DNA of 64,000 nt. Source: Takakia lepidozioides. Lineage: Eukaryota > Plantae > Bryophyta. A model generated the notes under the pieces. It made no database searches, was not told the DNA's origin, and saw nothing but the letters and a program-made list of their open reading frames with translations. Shown here piece by piece: positions 22,344 to 32,319 of this stretch. How positions within the stretch are numbered: the stretch's first letter is position 1; each line of letters begins with the position of its first letter. The stretch is from assembly GCA_030704615.1 (NCBI GenBank), contig CM060733.1, positions 33,356,001 to 33,420,000 on the forward strand, in the 5' to 3' direction. Made by a program: the position numbers and the translations under genes.

Positions 22344-24933
22344 GTGGAGGAGGTGCACATTGTGAGTGTCATTACGGAGTTACCCAAGGGTTTTGAGGGG
22401 AGTACGGCTACAGGCAGTAACAGTGAGAGTGGGTTCACAAGACGAGGTATTCGGTTCAGACCACCTTCACCGCCACCCTCAATTACTGTAGAGTCAGACA
22501 CAGACTCGGAGGCTTCATCAACAGGTGTGCACTTTCATTCGCCATTGTTGTGGGACGACATGGAGGAGATGTATGGAGCTACCAAGGGGCCTCGTAGGTA
22601 CTCTGGAGCTGTGGGCACAATCGAGTTGGATGACTTTATCCAGGAGTTCGACAGCTGGTGTGATTTGCAGCAGATGCGCAATCCACAGCTATTCACCCCA
22701 TTCATGGCGTGGAAGGGACTGTTCCAGCATTTGGAAGGCCCGCCTATGGACGATTACCACGAGTTCAGGCGAGGACATGAAGCAGAGATTGAGGAGTGGA
22801 GGATGTATTGGTCACCTGACTACGTCTCCATTACTCGAGGCACGACGCGACCAGTAGCTGCATCAGTACCAATAGCTCCCACTGCCAGCACTAGTAGTGG
22901 AGCAAGTAGTGCTGGTACTTCTGCAGGTGGTACCAGTTCAAAAGGTGCTACTACTCCTCCTGCCACGACTACAACACATGTGCCTAGATTCAACCCGGTG
23001 GTGGAGTTCTTCCAGGAGTTGCGGAGGAACTACCAAGGTGTACGGACAGAGAAGCTGCGAAGTTTGCAAGACTTCCAGCGCAAACCCAGTGAGAGCCTGC
23101 GAGAGGCGTACACTCGTATGAGGCGCTTGATAAGTGTGACCCAAGGGGTTACTGAAGCTCAGGCAATCCAGTTTTGGTATGGAATTCTGGACAAGGAGCT
23201 CAAGAGAAGGGTGCGAGATGCAACCCTGTTACAAGCAGCCCAACCCACATTAGCAGATGTGTTTCTGCTGGCTGAGCGGATTGAGCTCAACATGGTGGAG
23301 GAGCGAGTTGTTACAATTGGATTTGGCAAGGACATGCCTGCACGGGGCACAGCTGTCAGCCCACAGGCACAAGGGACTGCCCAACAGCGTGGTCAGGGGG
23401 GCAAGGTTGCCCAGCCCAAGTTCCATGGAGCTTACAGGGGACCTCAGGTGCAGAGGCCCGTGGCATCTTTTGCAGGCCAACAGCAACCAGGGGTGATATG
23501 TTGGACATGTGGAGGACCCCATGTCAAGAGAGATTGCCCAGAGAGTGGCAGAAGGCCGGCACAAGCACAGCCTGCACAGTTGCAGTGTGGGCATTGTGGC
23601 AAGTATGGGCATGGAGATGCCCAGTGTTATGACTTGCATCCTGAGTTGCGCCCAGGCCAGTTCCAAGGGAACAATGGTGGCCGGGGGCGAGGTGGACCAG
23701 CCCAAAGAGGACGAGGTGGTCGGGCACGAGGTGCAGGCCAAGGGCAAGCTCAACATGGCCAAGGACGCGGAGGTCAGGGTGTTGATCAAGGCATGGCCAA
23801 CCGGCTTCAGCAGCTAGAGCAGAGGCTCGCTGCCATGGCTATAGCTCAGGCGGTACCGGCTCCCAGGCGGGATGGTCCACCTCCTGCTCCTGAGGGAGGA
23901 GATATGGGAGGCATGGGATTTATGTGCGGAGCAGCACTACCACTAGAGCAGGTGGAGTCTGCTGCAGCCGTGACTCGAGGAGCAGCACGAGTTCCTGAGC
24001 CACGAGGTGCAGAGGTGGAATTGGATCCACAGCGTGGGGAGGCAAGCCGTCAGGCGAGGCTTCCTCAGTCATTCACATTGGCGGAGACTGTGTCGACGCC
24101 ATCCATGGCACCTAGTTCTCGCCCGACTGTTACCGAGGCGGAGGTTACTATGCCATTGGGGAGAGCTACACGTGCAGCATTGACTCCTGCTGCCAAGGCT
24201 AGTGCGGCCGGTGTGTTATTGGGGGCAGCCACCTCTGTGTGTCAGGCCCCACTGTTCTCGGCAACAATGATTGCGACGCCGGGGGTGAGACCAGCTGCAG
24301 TGTTCAGACTAGCAGCAACACTCTGTGAGAGTGGGGAGGTCACTTCATCTTCTGCGGAGTTAGTGGAAGGTGTAGTGGCAGAGGGATCCTCGGATTTGAG
24401 GGTCAAGACTGCCACGGCTGCGCCATGGCAAGCTGCAGCTGCCAGGTTGACGGAGCTGCCAGCTAGGCCAGCCTTTGAGCGCGCCATGGTGACACCTGGA
24501 GTTGTCTTGTTAGACAACCAGGGAGGCATTTTCACTTTGAGTGGACCGGCAGGCAAGAAGTACCGGCCACTGCGGGTCTTGTTGGACTCGGGAGCTCAGC
24601 CACTGATGTTGGGCAGAGCTGCTATTGCAGGTTTGGGCCTCATGGAGGCGGATATGGAGCCTTGTCCTTTCCAGATACAGACATCTCTGGGAGGATCAGA
24701 GCAGGCTCGGCATGACACGGCATCAGTTGGCCATTAGACTGCAGCCGGATCATCCTAGAGATGGCTCAGTGATGCGAGCCAAGGCCATTGTGACAGACGC
24801 GGTCTCTTACGATGTCCTCGTTGGTGGGGCAGTGTTATACCCCATGGGCTTCACCCTGGACTTTTGGGAGGAGTCAGCATCCTACAGGCCTGGATGGCAG
24901 TCAGGCGATGGTCGCCGTGCACAGCTCCTGTGA
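22344..24933 (+). CDS. gag: gag and aspartic protease of the DNMT-Gypsy (frameshift near 24705)
   Basis: QRKPSESLREAY gag motif, CCHC knuckles CWTCGGPHVKRDC and CGHCGKYGHGDAQC, RGG-rich region, protease VLLDSGAQP and YDVLVG. Confidence 0.9.
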
Positions 24934-26543
24934 CATTCATTGGGGGTATTGCGGCTGCCCAGCGGGGCAAGATGCCAACACTAGCCGCCTTTACAGCTGC
25001 AGTTAGTTGGCCTGGAGAGTTGCTGGAAGGCAATGCCCATGCAGAGGATGTGCCACCTCCAGCAGAGCAGGATGACATGCATGGTATGGCGGAGTTGCCT
25101 GCCATGGTTGCTCACACTCCATTGTGGGGTACGAGCAAGGATTTGCAGCAGGTTGCTGATCGACGGGTGCAACAAGCCTGGGTAGAGGCTTTTGTACCGT
25201 CAGGAGAGGAGGAGAGTGCGGGTATTGCACCAGGACCACCTCAGTTGTCACCATTGGATACCACACCTATTGTGTGGCAGTATCCGGATGAAGGCATTTG
25301 CCTTCTGGACTTGTTTGGCGGGATCAGCACCGGATTGGCTGCTGTGCTACAGGCAGGTGTGCGGGTAAGGCGTTACCTGTATGTGGAGAGGGATGAGACT
25401 GCACGACGCGTCTCACTGCGCCATGTTGCTCAGTTGGTACAGCAGTACCCTGACTTGTTGCCAGTGTCTGCAGTTCGTGGATACCAACAAGCCTTGCCAG
25501 CAGACATTTCCTTGTTGGGGGCGCAAGATTTGGAGCAGGTTGGCTCCATTGATCTGGTAGTGGCAGGTTGGCCCTGCCAAGGGCATTCATCAGCCGGGCA
25601 TGGCAATGGATTGCGAGACTCGAGGACGGGTCTGTTTTGGGAGATGGTGCGGGTTTTGCGCCACTTGCAGCTTCATCAAGCTGTATCTCCAGCATACATC
25701 TTGGAGAATGTGCCACTGATGGGTGATTCTCGGGCCAGGGTGATGGCCAGTGTGCATCAAGTCCGGTCGTGGCTTGGGTCAGCAGTGTTGCTGGATGCAG
25801 CTGCAGTGGGGTCACGGGCTCATCGTCCACGGCTTTGGTGGACTAACTTGATGCCACCCGCACTGCTCAAGCGTGCATTTGATGGGGTGCAGCGGCCAGC
25901 ACACCTCACCGTGGATGGCATTTTGGACACAGGAAGGCAGTCTCAACGTGTGAGACACGATGACCGTTCGCCTTTGGCAGTGGTCAACAGGGTGGGTCAA
26001 CCACGAGCAGCATTACCTACACTGCTCAGCTTCCCAGGATCCCATGCTTTTCGGGATGGTGGACCTGGCCTCCTGTGGGATGCTCAGTTGCAACAGTTAG
26101 TGGAGCCTAATGCCGACGAGCGAGAGCGGGCTATGGGGTTTTCCACTGGGACCACGGCGGTGCCTTCTCTTTCTGAGGCATCACGTCGTCAGGTGTTGGG
26201 GCAAGCAATGGATCTCAATTGCTTGACCTGGATTATCAGCTTGGCTATGGCTGAGCAACGTAGAGTGCGGAGTGCACTTCCCTTGATGGTCTCTCTGCCT
26301 ACCGAGACGGTACAGGCAGCGAGTGGGGGCGAGCCGGTGAGGACCACGGGGTGTAGACATCCATGGCACACGTGGGAGGTGCTCGAGGTTCAGAGGGAGT
26401 TGGCAGCCAAGGCAGCTGTGATGGATGAGGTTGGGGATTCTTCTCGGGATGAGGAGGTTCTCAATGATGAGATGATGGGGCAGGATGAGGCCTTGTCATT
26501 GACTGAGCAGGAAGGGAGTACTGCTCAAGAGGTTGCAGCATAG
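24864..26543 (+). CDS. C5 cytosine DNA methyltransferase domain (DNMT3-like) inside pol
   Basis: Motif I LDLFGGISTG, motif IV DLVVAGWPCQG, motif VI ILENV, motif VIII AHRPRLWWTNL, motif IX ERERAMGF and motif X LGQAM (~25290-26225). Same frame as RT, separated by one TAG at 26541. Confidence 0.95.
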   Translation: MGGVSILQAWMAVRRWSPCTAPVTFIGGIAAAQRGKMPTLAAFTAAVSWPGELLEGNAHAEDVPPPAEQDDMHGMAELPAMVAHTPLWGTSKDLQQVADRRVQQAWVEAFVPSGEEESAGIAPGPPQLSPLDTTPIVWQYPDEGICLLDLFGGISTGLAAVLQAGVRVRRYLYVERDETARRVSLRHVAQLVQQYPDLLPVSAVRGYQQALPADISLLGAQDLEQVGSIDLVVAGWPCQGHSSAGHGNGLRDSRTGLFWEMVRVLRHLQLHQAVSPAYILENVPLMGDSRARVMASVHQVRSWLGSAVLLDAAAVGSRAHRPRLWWTNLMPPALLKRAFDGVQRPAHLTVDGILDTGRQSQRVRHDDRSPLAVVNRVGQPRAALPTLLSFPGSHAFRDGGPGLLWDAQLQQLVEPNADERERAMGFSTGTTAVPSLSEASRRQVLGQAMDLNCLTWIISLAMAEQRRVRSALPLMVSLPTETVQAASGGEPVRTTGCRHPWHTWEVLEVQRELAAKAAVMDEVGDSSRDEEVLNDEMMGQDEALSLTEQEGSTAQEVAA

Positions 26544-27434
26544 CAACCACGGGACGCGTCCTCTACCTCTAAGCCCACTGGACTTAAGGTTGCAGTTACG
26601 GAGGACAATTGGGAGCCTGACATTGGACCCATTGTCACCGGAGGAGAGAGACGACGTATACGGCGGTTCCTGAGGGCTTACAGGAATTGCTTTGCCTTCA
26701 GTTTGAAGGACTTGGGAGCACTGAAGGGTCAAGAGATCCGTATTGAGTTGGCCACTGACACGCCAATCTTTCGGAGACCCTATAGATACAGTGACATGGA
26801 GAGGTCTTTGATTCAGATGAGGACTCAAGATCTCTGGGAGGCAGGTTTGGTGGAGCTCTCTGGTGGAGAGTATGCTTCAGCCACAGTGATGCCAGCCAAG
26901 AAGGATGTCTATGGCAATTGGACGGAGAGACGTATGTGCGGTGATTACCGGCCTGTAAATCGTCAGACCAAGTCCGATAGGTATGCCATGCCGACACCAG
27001 AGGAGATCTTTGATGCCATTGGGCATTCCAAGGTCTTTAGCACGTTGGATTTACGATCCGGATATCACCAGTTGCCGATCAAGGAGGCGGATAAGCAAAA
27101 GACGGCATTCTGGGGGATCAATGAGCACGGGAAGGATTGCCTATACCAGTGGCGGTTCTTACCATTTGGGCTTAAAAACGCTCCCGCTGAGTTTCAAAGA
27201 GTCATGGACAGGATTCTAGCAGGGGTGGAGTTTGCTCGGTGCTACATAGATGACATCATCATCTTTAGTGCTACGGTGGAGGAGCATGAGAGACACCTTC
27301 AGGGGGTATTTGAGCGCTTGAGGACGCACGGATTGAAGTTACATCCGGGCAAGTGCAAGTTTTTCCACAACCAGATTGAGTATCTGGGTCACATGATATA
27401 TCCTGGAGGATTGGGGTACAGCAGACTAAGGTAG
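26544..27434 (+). CDS. pol: Reverse transcriptase of the DNMT-Gypsy
   Basis: RMCGDYRPVN, LDLRSGYHQ, LPFGLKNAPAEFQR, YIDDII. Confidence 0.95.
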   Translation, partial: QPRDASSTSKPTGLKVAVTEDNWEPDIGPIVTGGERRRIRRFLRAYRNCFAFSLKDLGALKGQEIRIELATDTPIFRRPYRYSDMERSLIQMRTQDLWEAGLVELSGGEYASATVMPAKKDVYGNWTERRMCGDYRPVNRQTKSDRYAMPTPEEIFDAIGHSKVFSTLDLRSGYHQLPIKEADKQKTAFWGINEHGKDCLYQWRFLPFGLKNAPAEFQRVMDRILAGVEFARCYIDDIIIFSATVEEHERHLQGVFERLRTHGLKLHPGKCKFFHNQIEYLGHMIYPGGLGYSRLR

Positions 27435-27466
27435 AGTCCATTGCACAGGTTCCACGCCCCACGGAT

Positions 27467-29677
27467 GTGAGCCGAGTTCGAGCTTTCATGGGGTTAGCAA
27501 ACTATTACAGACGGTTTGTTAAGGGATTTAGTGCCATTGCAAAGGCTCTAACCAAGCTGACCAAGGTGGACCAGGAGTGGCAGTGGGAAGATGAGCAAGA
27601 ACAAGCTTTTCAAGAGCTCAAGGCGAGGTTGACCTCGGCGCCCATCTTGAGACGACCTATCAGGGGGCGTCCTTTTCAGCTGCATACAGATTGGAGCATG
27701 CTGGGGCTTGGAGCGGTGCTCACACAGGTGGATGATGAGGGAAGAGAGTTCGTAGTGGCTTATGCTAGCCGCTCGAACAATGCTGCAGAGTCTAAGTATA
27801 GCTCATATGAGGGAGAATGCTTAGCTGCAGTGTGGGCCGTGGCACACTTCAGGTGCTATCTATACGGCAATCTCTTCACCCTTGTCACGGATCACCAACC
27901 ACTCAAGTGGTTGATGGAGTCAGACAAGCTTACGGGGAAGCTTGCACGGTGGGCACTCATCCTTCAAGAGTATGACTTTCAGGTGGTGCATCGACCGGGT
28001 TTGGTCAATCGCAATGCAGATGGGTTGAGTCGCAATCCATGCACGAGCCAGCAGGATGACACTGGAGCTCGGTGGCATGGTGAGACGGACGAGGAGATGG
28101 TGCCCGGATGGCATGCATCTGCATTTCTGTGTATCTTGGCAGCGGAAGGCCAGGTTGGACCTGCAACAGGGATGACTGTAGATCAAGTGTCTGAGGACCC
28201 TGAGGCCAGCAATGAGCAAGGTGGCGCCAAAGATATACATGAGGATTCAGTTGTGTTGGACTACCTCCGCACTGGAGACACGGCAGCCACTGTGACTGCC
28301 AAGGAGAGGGATCGGATCCTACAACGAGCCAAGAGGTTCAAGTGGGAGGGGACACACCTGCTCCGAGTGTGGGAGGATGGTCGAGTGAGGATTGTGCCTC
28401 ACCCAACACAGCGGGCACGGTTAGTGCGGCATGCCCATGAGGAGTTGGGGCATTTTGGGGTGCGACGCACTCATAGTCTACTGCAGGGGCAGTATTGGTG
28501 GCGTGGTATGCACACAGAGGTGCAACAATTTGTGGCTAGGTGCATGGTGTGTGACAGGGTGCGTGCTTCATTCAACGCCCCTACTCCACAATTGCACCCT
28601 CTTCCGATCATGGGATTGGGCTACAGGTGGAGTCTTGACTTCGCAGGGCCGTTGCCACTGACCATGCGCCACAACAAGTACGTGTTGGTGATGGTGGAGC
28701 ACTTCTCCAAGTGGATTGAATTGGTTCCATTGCCTGATAAGGCTAGTGAGGGAGCTGCGTATGCATTCTTGGATTGTGTGCTTAGCCGATTCGGTGCTCC
28801 AGCTGAGGTACTCACGGACCAAGGGAGAGAGTTCTTGGGGGAGTTTCAGGCTTTGTGTGACAAGGCCTTGATAGACCACCGCACCACTTCTCGGGATCAT
28901 CCTGAGGCCGATGGCTTGGCAGAGAGAGTTGTTCAGACAGTAAAGAGGGGTTTGCGCAAGTATGGCTTGCAGAAGGGACACCTAGGAGATTGGGACCTTC
29001 AGTTACCCTGGTTAGCCATGGGCTACAGGTTCAGCAAGCAAGCATCACTTGCCTCCTTCTCACCATACTTTCTTCTCTTTGGCCGAGAGCCGGATTTGCC
29101 TACATCCATTCGCAGAGAAGCTGCTACAGTTCTTAACCTTGACGATCCGGACGTGTGGGCACGTGCATGTGAGCAGCGTGCAGAGTTGTTCAAGAGAGTC
29201 ATGCCCATGGCTTTCGAGAACCTTGCCATTGCACAACACCGTGATACGTTGAGGTATGCTACCATACGTGGTGGGGGCTATCGTCCTGGGGTTCGGAGAT
29301 TCAACCCTGGTGACTATGTCTATCTGCAGCAGACTGCTCCTACGACCCTGGATGTGACTGCAGGACGTGTTATTTTGAGGGTTCGAGAGGTCTTGCCCTC
29401 AGGCGTCTTGGTCTTGGAGGGTCGGGATGGCATAACTTGGAAGGACCATGTGCGTAATTGTGCGCCATGTCACCTTCCGAATGTCGATGGCAGGATTGAC
29501 CCAAACCTGGCAGTGGTATCTGCAGGTTTGAGGTGCATGTTGTGTGGGTCTGCTAAAGGGGCAGCCACCATGCTGGTGTGTGATCGATGCTCTAGAGGTT
29601 GGCATATGGGATGCTTGACTCCACCTCTTGAGATGGTTCCGGATGGGGATTGGTTATGTCCACATTGCATTGGATAG
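27467..29677 (+). CDS. pol: RNase H, DDE integrase and C-terminal PHD finger
   Basis: RNase H HTDWS..YEGECLA..TDHQPL. Zn finger HEELGH..CMVC. Core SLDFAGP, LTDQGREF, DGLAER. C4HC3 finger CMLC..CDRC..HMGC..WLCPHC. Confidence 0.95.
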   Translation: MSRVRAFMGLANYYRRFVKGFSAIAKALTKLTKVDQEWQWEDEQEQAFQELKARLTSAPILRRPIRGRPFQLHTDWSMLGLGAVLTQVDDEGREFVVAYASRSNNAAESKYSSYEGECLAAVWAVAHFRCYLYGNLFTLVTDHQPLKWLMESDKLTGKLARWALILQEYDFQVVHRPGLVNRNADGLSRNPCTSQQDDTGARWHGETDEEMVPGWHASAFLCILAAEGQVGPATGMTVDQVSEDPEASNEQGGAKDIHEDSVVLDYLRTGDTAATVTAKERDRILQRAKRFKWEGTHLLRVWEDGRVRIVPHPTQRARLVRHAHEELGHFGVRRTHSLLQGQYWWRGMHTEVQQFVARCMVCDRVRASFNAPTPQLHPLPIMGLGYRWSLDFAGPLPLTMRHNKYVLVMVEHFSKWIELVPLPDKASEGAAYAFLDCVLSRFGAPAEVLTDQGREFLGEFQALCDKALIDHRTTSRDHPEADGLAERVVQTVKRGLRKYGLQKGHLGDWDLQLPWLAMGYRFSKQASLASFSPYFLLFGREPDLPTSIRREAATVLNLDDPDVWARACEQRAELFKRVMPMAFENLAIAQHRDTLRYATIRGGGYRPGVRRFNPGDYVYLQQTAPTTLDVTAGRVILRVREVLPSGVLVLEGRDGITWKDHVRNCAPCHLPNVDGRIDPNLAVVSAGLRCMLCGSAKGAATMLVCDRCSRGWHMGCLTPPLEMVPDGDWLCPHCIG

Positions 29678-29926
29678 TGGGAGTGGATACAACCATGGAA
29701 GGCTAACAAGAAACGCAAGGCCCAGCTACTAGGAGACCTTGAACACACGAGATCTTGGCTCAAGTTCACAGATTGCAAGACGGCGACTAACGATGGGGCT
29801 ACTCTTGTACCCGGCCTCTTGGTTGATAGAGTTTGAGTACGATAGGGACAGTGATAGAGGACTTAGTACGGCTGTGGCTATTACATCTTGTAGCTATCTG
29901 GAGGTAGAGGGACCTATCCACCAGCT

Positions 29927-29937
29927 AGGGGGGCGAT
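29927..29937 (+). promoter_or_regulatory. Polypurine tract of the DNMT-Gypsy
   Basis: AGGGGGGCGAT immediately before TGTGGTAG, the start of segment A1. Confidence 0.7.
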
Positions 29938-30464
29938 TGTGGTAGACTACTTTATTGTGCATATATGTGTGGTGTGGTTTGGACAGCGATGTAGTTGTGT
30001 AGCGATATGTATGCGCACGACAGCTGTCAAGTTAAATAAGCACAGTGTGAAAACAGCTAGAATAAAACTAGTTATTTGTATTTAACACTTGGATTTAGGT
30101 CAAGTGTTAAATCAGGTGTCAAGTTTAGTTTGACACCTGGTCCGTCTTATCTTCACGAGAGCGGCAGTCGCGCAGCTCATCTCTCTCGAGTTGAGCCTGC
30201 GCGACCGAGCTCCTTCATGCGTTTAGATTTGAGTGTGCTTATGATGGGAGTGTAGGTTGTTGTGGGGTGGAGTCCCCATAGCTTGGGGTGCCCCTGGCTC
30301 GACTTCTGTTTTAAAGAGTGATAGCGATGGATTCATGTTGTTTCTAGTGTGAGCAGTGTGTTTTCTAGTTTTCTTATATTGTGGTAGACTACTTTATTGT
30401 GCATATATGTGTGGTGTGGTTTGGACAGCGATGTAGTTGTGTAGCGATATGTATGCGCACGACA
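29938..30464 (+). repeat. 3' terminal repeat block A1(29938-30022)-GC-B2(30025-30377)-AT-A2(30380-30464)
   Basis: A1 and A2 are identical 85-bp copies. B2 matches B1 at the 5' end of the element. Confidence 0.93.
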
Positions 30465-31509
30465 GGTGCAACACATAGAACTGCTTGGCATTACAAACAG
30501 ACATGCAGTGTGGTGGTTCTTTGCAATGCGCACACTTAAATGTGGAGTTCGAAACCTTCTCCTGAGCTCGAAATGGTTGATGAGCTGTGCCTGTCCAATC
30601 GGTCTCCTTCCTGTGACCTCTGGATTTAAAATGGAAGCAAGTTGGGGAGAAACACCGCAACGCGCCCGCACAAACAACGTAGCGCACCCGCACACCATCG
30701 AGCATCTTCATGCTGGTGGTTTTGGTGACGCACCAAGGATGACCATCATGTTTTCTATCCATATCTGTCAACATTCCGAACGCCCTCGAGTAGTCCGTCC
30801 AAGGAGGGAACTCATAGAAGATATTACCGTCGACGTCTGCGGGAAGACATGTAACCGATTTAATTGCAAACTTGTTGTAGTCCAGCCCGGCCAGCTCCGA
30901 GCGGTGTCCCTCCATGTGAAGCCCTTGCAGAATTTCAAGAATGGATCAAACTGTGGTGCTCGTGCTGGGAATATGACTCCCTCGTCCACTGACATCCATT
31001 GAGGACTTGCCTGATCTCCAGGATGATCTCGGAACTTCCATGACCTCGTCGGAGTCGGACAGGTTGTGATTCATTGCTGGGTTCGGCTCTGGATTTACTT
31101 TGTTGCAAACTTCTCTCTTTGAGGTACCCACTCTCTGATTCGCGGATTGTTTCGTGGAAGGCGCCAGGATAGAAGGTGCGTTTGGCGGGCAAATGAAGTC
31201 CCCAACAGCCCTATATATGACGTTGTCCAATGGTGGAACTCGCCATTCCCTGCCATCGCCGAAATCATCGTGGAGCACAACAATACTCTCGACAACAACG
31301 CCGTTTGAGTCATTCCTTTCCTCCTCCAAAAAAACCGACCCCGGTTTCAGGTGGTATCGAACGCACAGATATTTCTCCATCACATGGTAGATGTCCCCTC
31401 TGCACGGAAATGAAGCTCTATGCTCGTGAGGAGGGCAGTACACTGTAGCGCTCGGGTTTTTCGCCATAGGAGATGTGCACACAAGACTGCCAGGATGGCG
31501 TGCGGGCAA
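30465..31509 (-). pseudogene. MULE-A transposase 5' part (Cys-rich, GCM-like DNA-binding region)
   Basis: MDRKHDGHPWC..CAGALRC..C..CAHC..C, homologous to MDKKHDGHPWC at ~48480 in MULE-B. Confidence 0.82.
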
Positions 31510-31722
31510 GCTCCCTGGTAGAAGGGGGATGCACCGATGGGAAGGAATGCGGTGCCGATTTGTCTAAGCGACGAAGCCTGATCCAAATCTAGGGAGCCAA
31601 CTATCTCAAAAATCCACAGTAAGAGTGTTAATGAACCTTGTCTCCCCTTGGCTTTGCATTTTTCAGGATCTTATCCAACTTGCATTTGTGCCAATTAGGG
31701 GGACCAGTCTATGTCGCTCTGT

Positions 31723-32318
31723 CGCCATTTTCCCAGGTCCGGGCCAAAAATGGCTAAGTTCCTGAACTGACTGGCCCTGGAATTGGAAAAATGGCGCCGA
31801 ATTTCGGTTTTCGGTGCCAGCCACCCTAGGGACTTAGCCATTTTGGGAGCCCTGAACTGGAAATTCGGCGCCATTTTCCCAGGTCCGGGCCGAAAATGGC
31901 TAAGTCCCTGAACTGACTGGCCCTGGAATTGGAAAAATGGTGCCGAATTTCGGTTTTCGGTGCCAGCCACCCTAGGGACTTAGCCATTTTTGGAGCCCTG
32001 AACTGGAAATTCGGCGCCATTTTCCCAGGTCCGGGCCAAAAATGCCTAAGTCCTTGAACTGACTGGCCCTGGAATTGGAAAAATGGCGCCGAATTTCGGT
32101 TTTCGGTGCCAGCCACCCTAGGGACTTAGCCATTTTGGGAACCCTGAACTGGAAATTCGGCGCCATTTTCCCAGGTCCGGGCCAAAAATGGCTAAGTCCC
32201 AGAACTGACTGGGCCTTGAATTGGAAAAATGGCGCCGAATTTCGGTTTTCGGTGCCAGCCAATCTAGGGACTTAGCCATTTTGGGTGCCCTAGACTGGAA
32301 ATTCGGCGCCATTTTTCC
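31723..32318. repeat. 146-bp tandem repeat (~4 copies) with internal inverted repeats
   Basis: Each unit holds AAAATGGCTAAGTCCCT/AGGGACTTAGCCATTTT and AAAATGGCGCCGAATTT/AAATTCGGCGCCATTTT. Confidence 0.93.
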
Positions 32319-32319
32319 A

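Larger units (their letters stand above)
18328..30464 (+). mobile_element. Ty3/Gypsy retrotransposon encoding a C5 DNA methyltransferase and a PHD finger, with split/permuted LTRs
   Basis: Ends TGTC...GACA. 4-bp TSD GGTG at 18324-18327 and 30465-30468. Removing the element restores the MULE frame QFYVLH-RFPDLTQACIH. Order is gag-PR-DNMT-RT-RH-INT-PHD. Confidence 0.95.

Noticed and set aside
18328-30464. DIRS/PAT/Ngaro tyrosine-recombinase element, suggested by the split repeats and a methyltransferase
   Set aside because: It encodes a protease and a DDE integrase, has a TSD, and shows no tyrosine-recombinase motifs. The MTase is C5-type.
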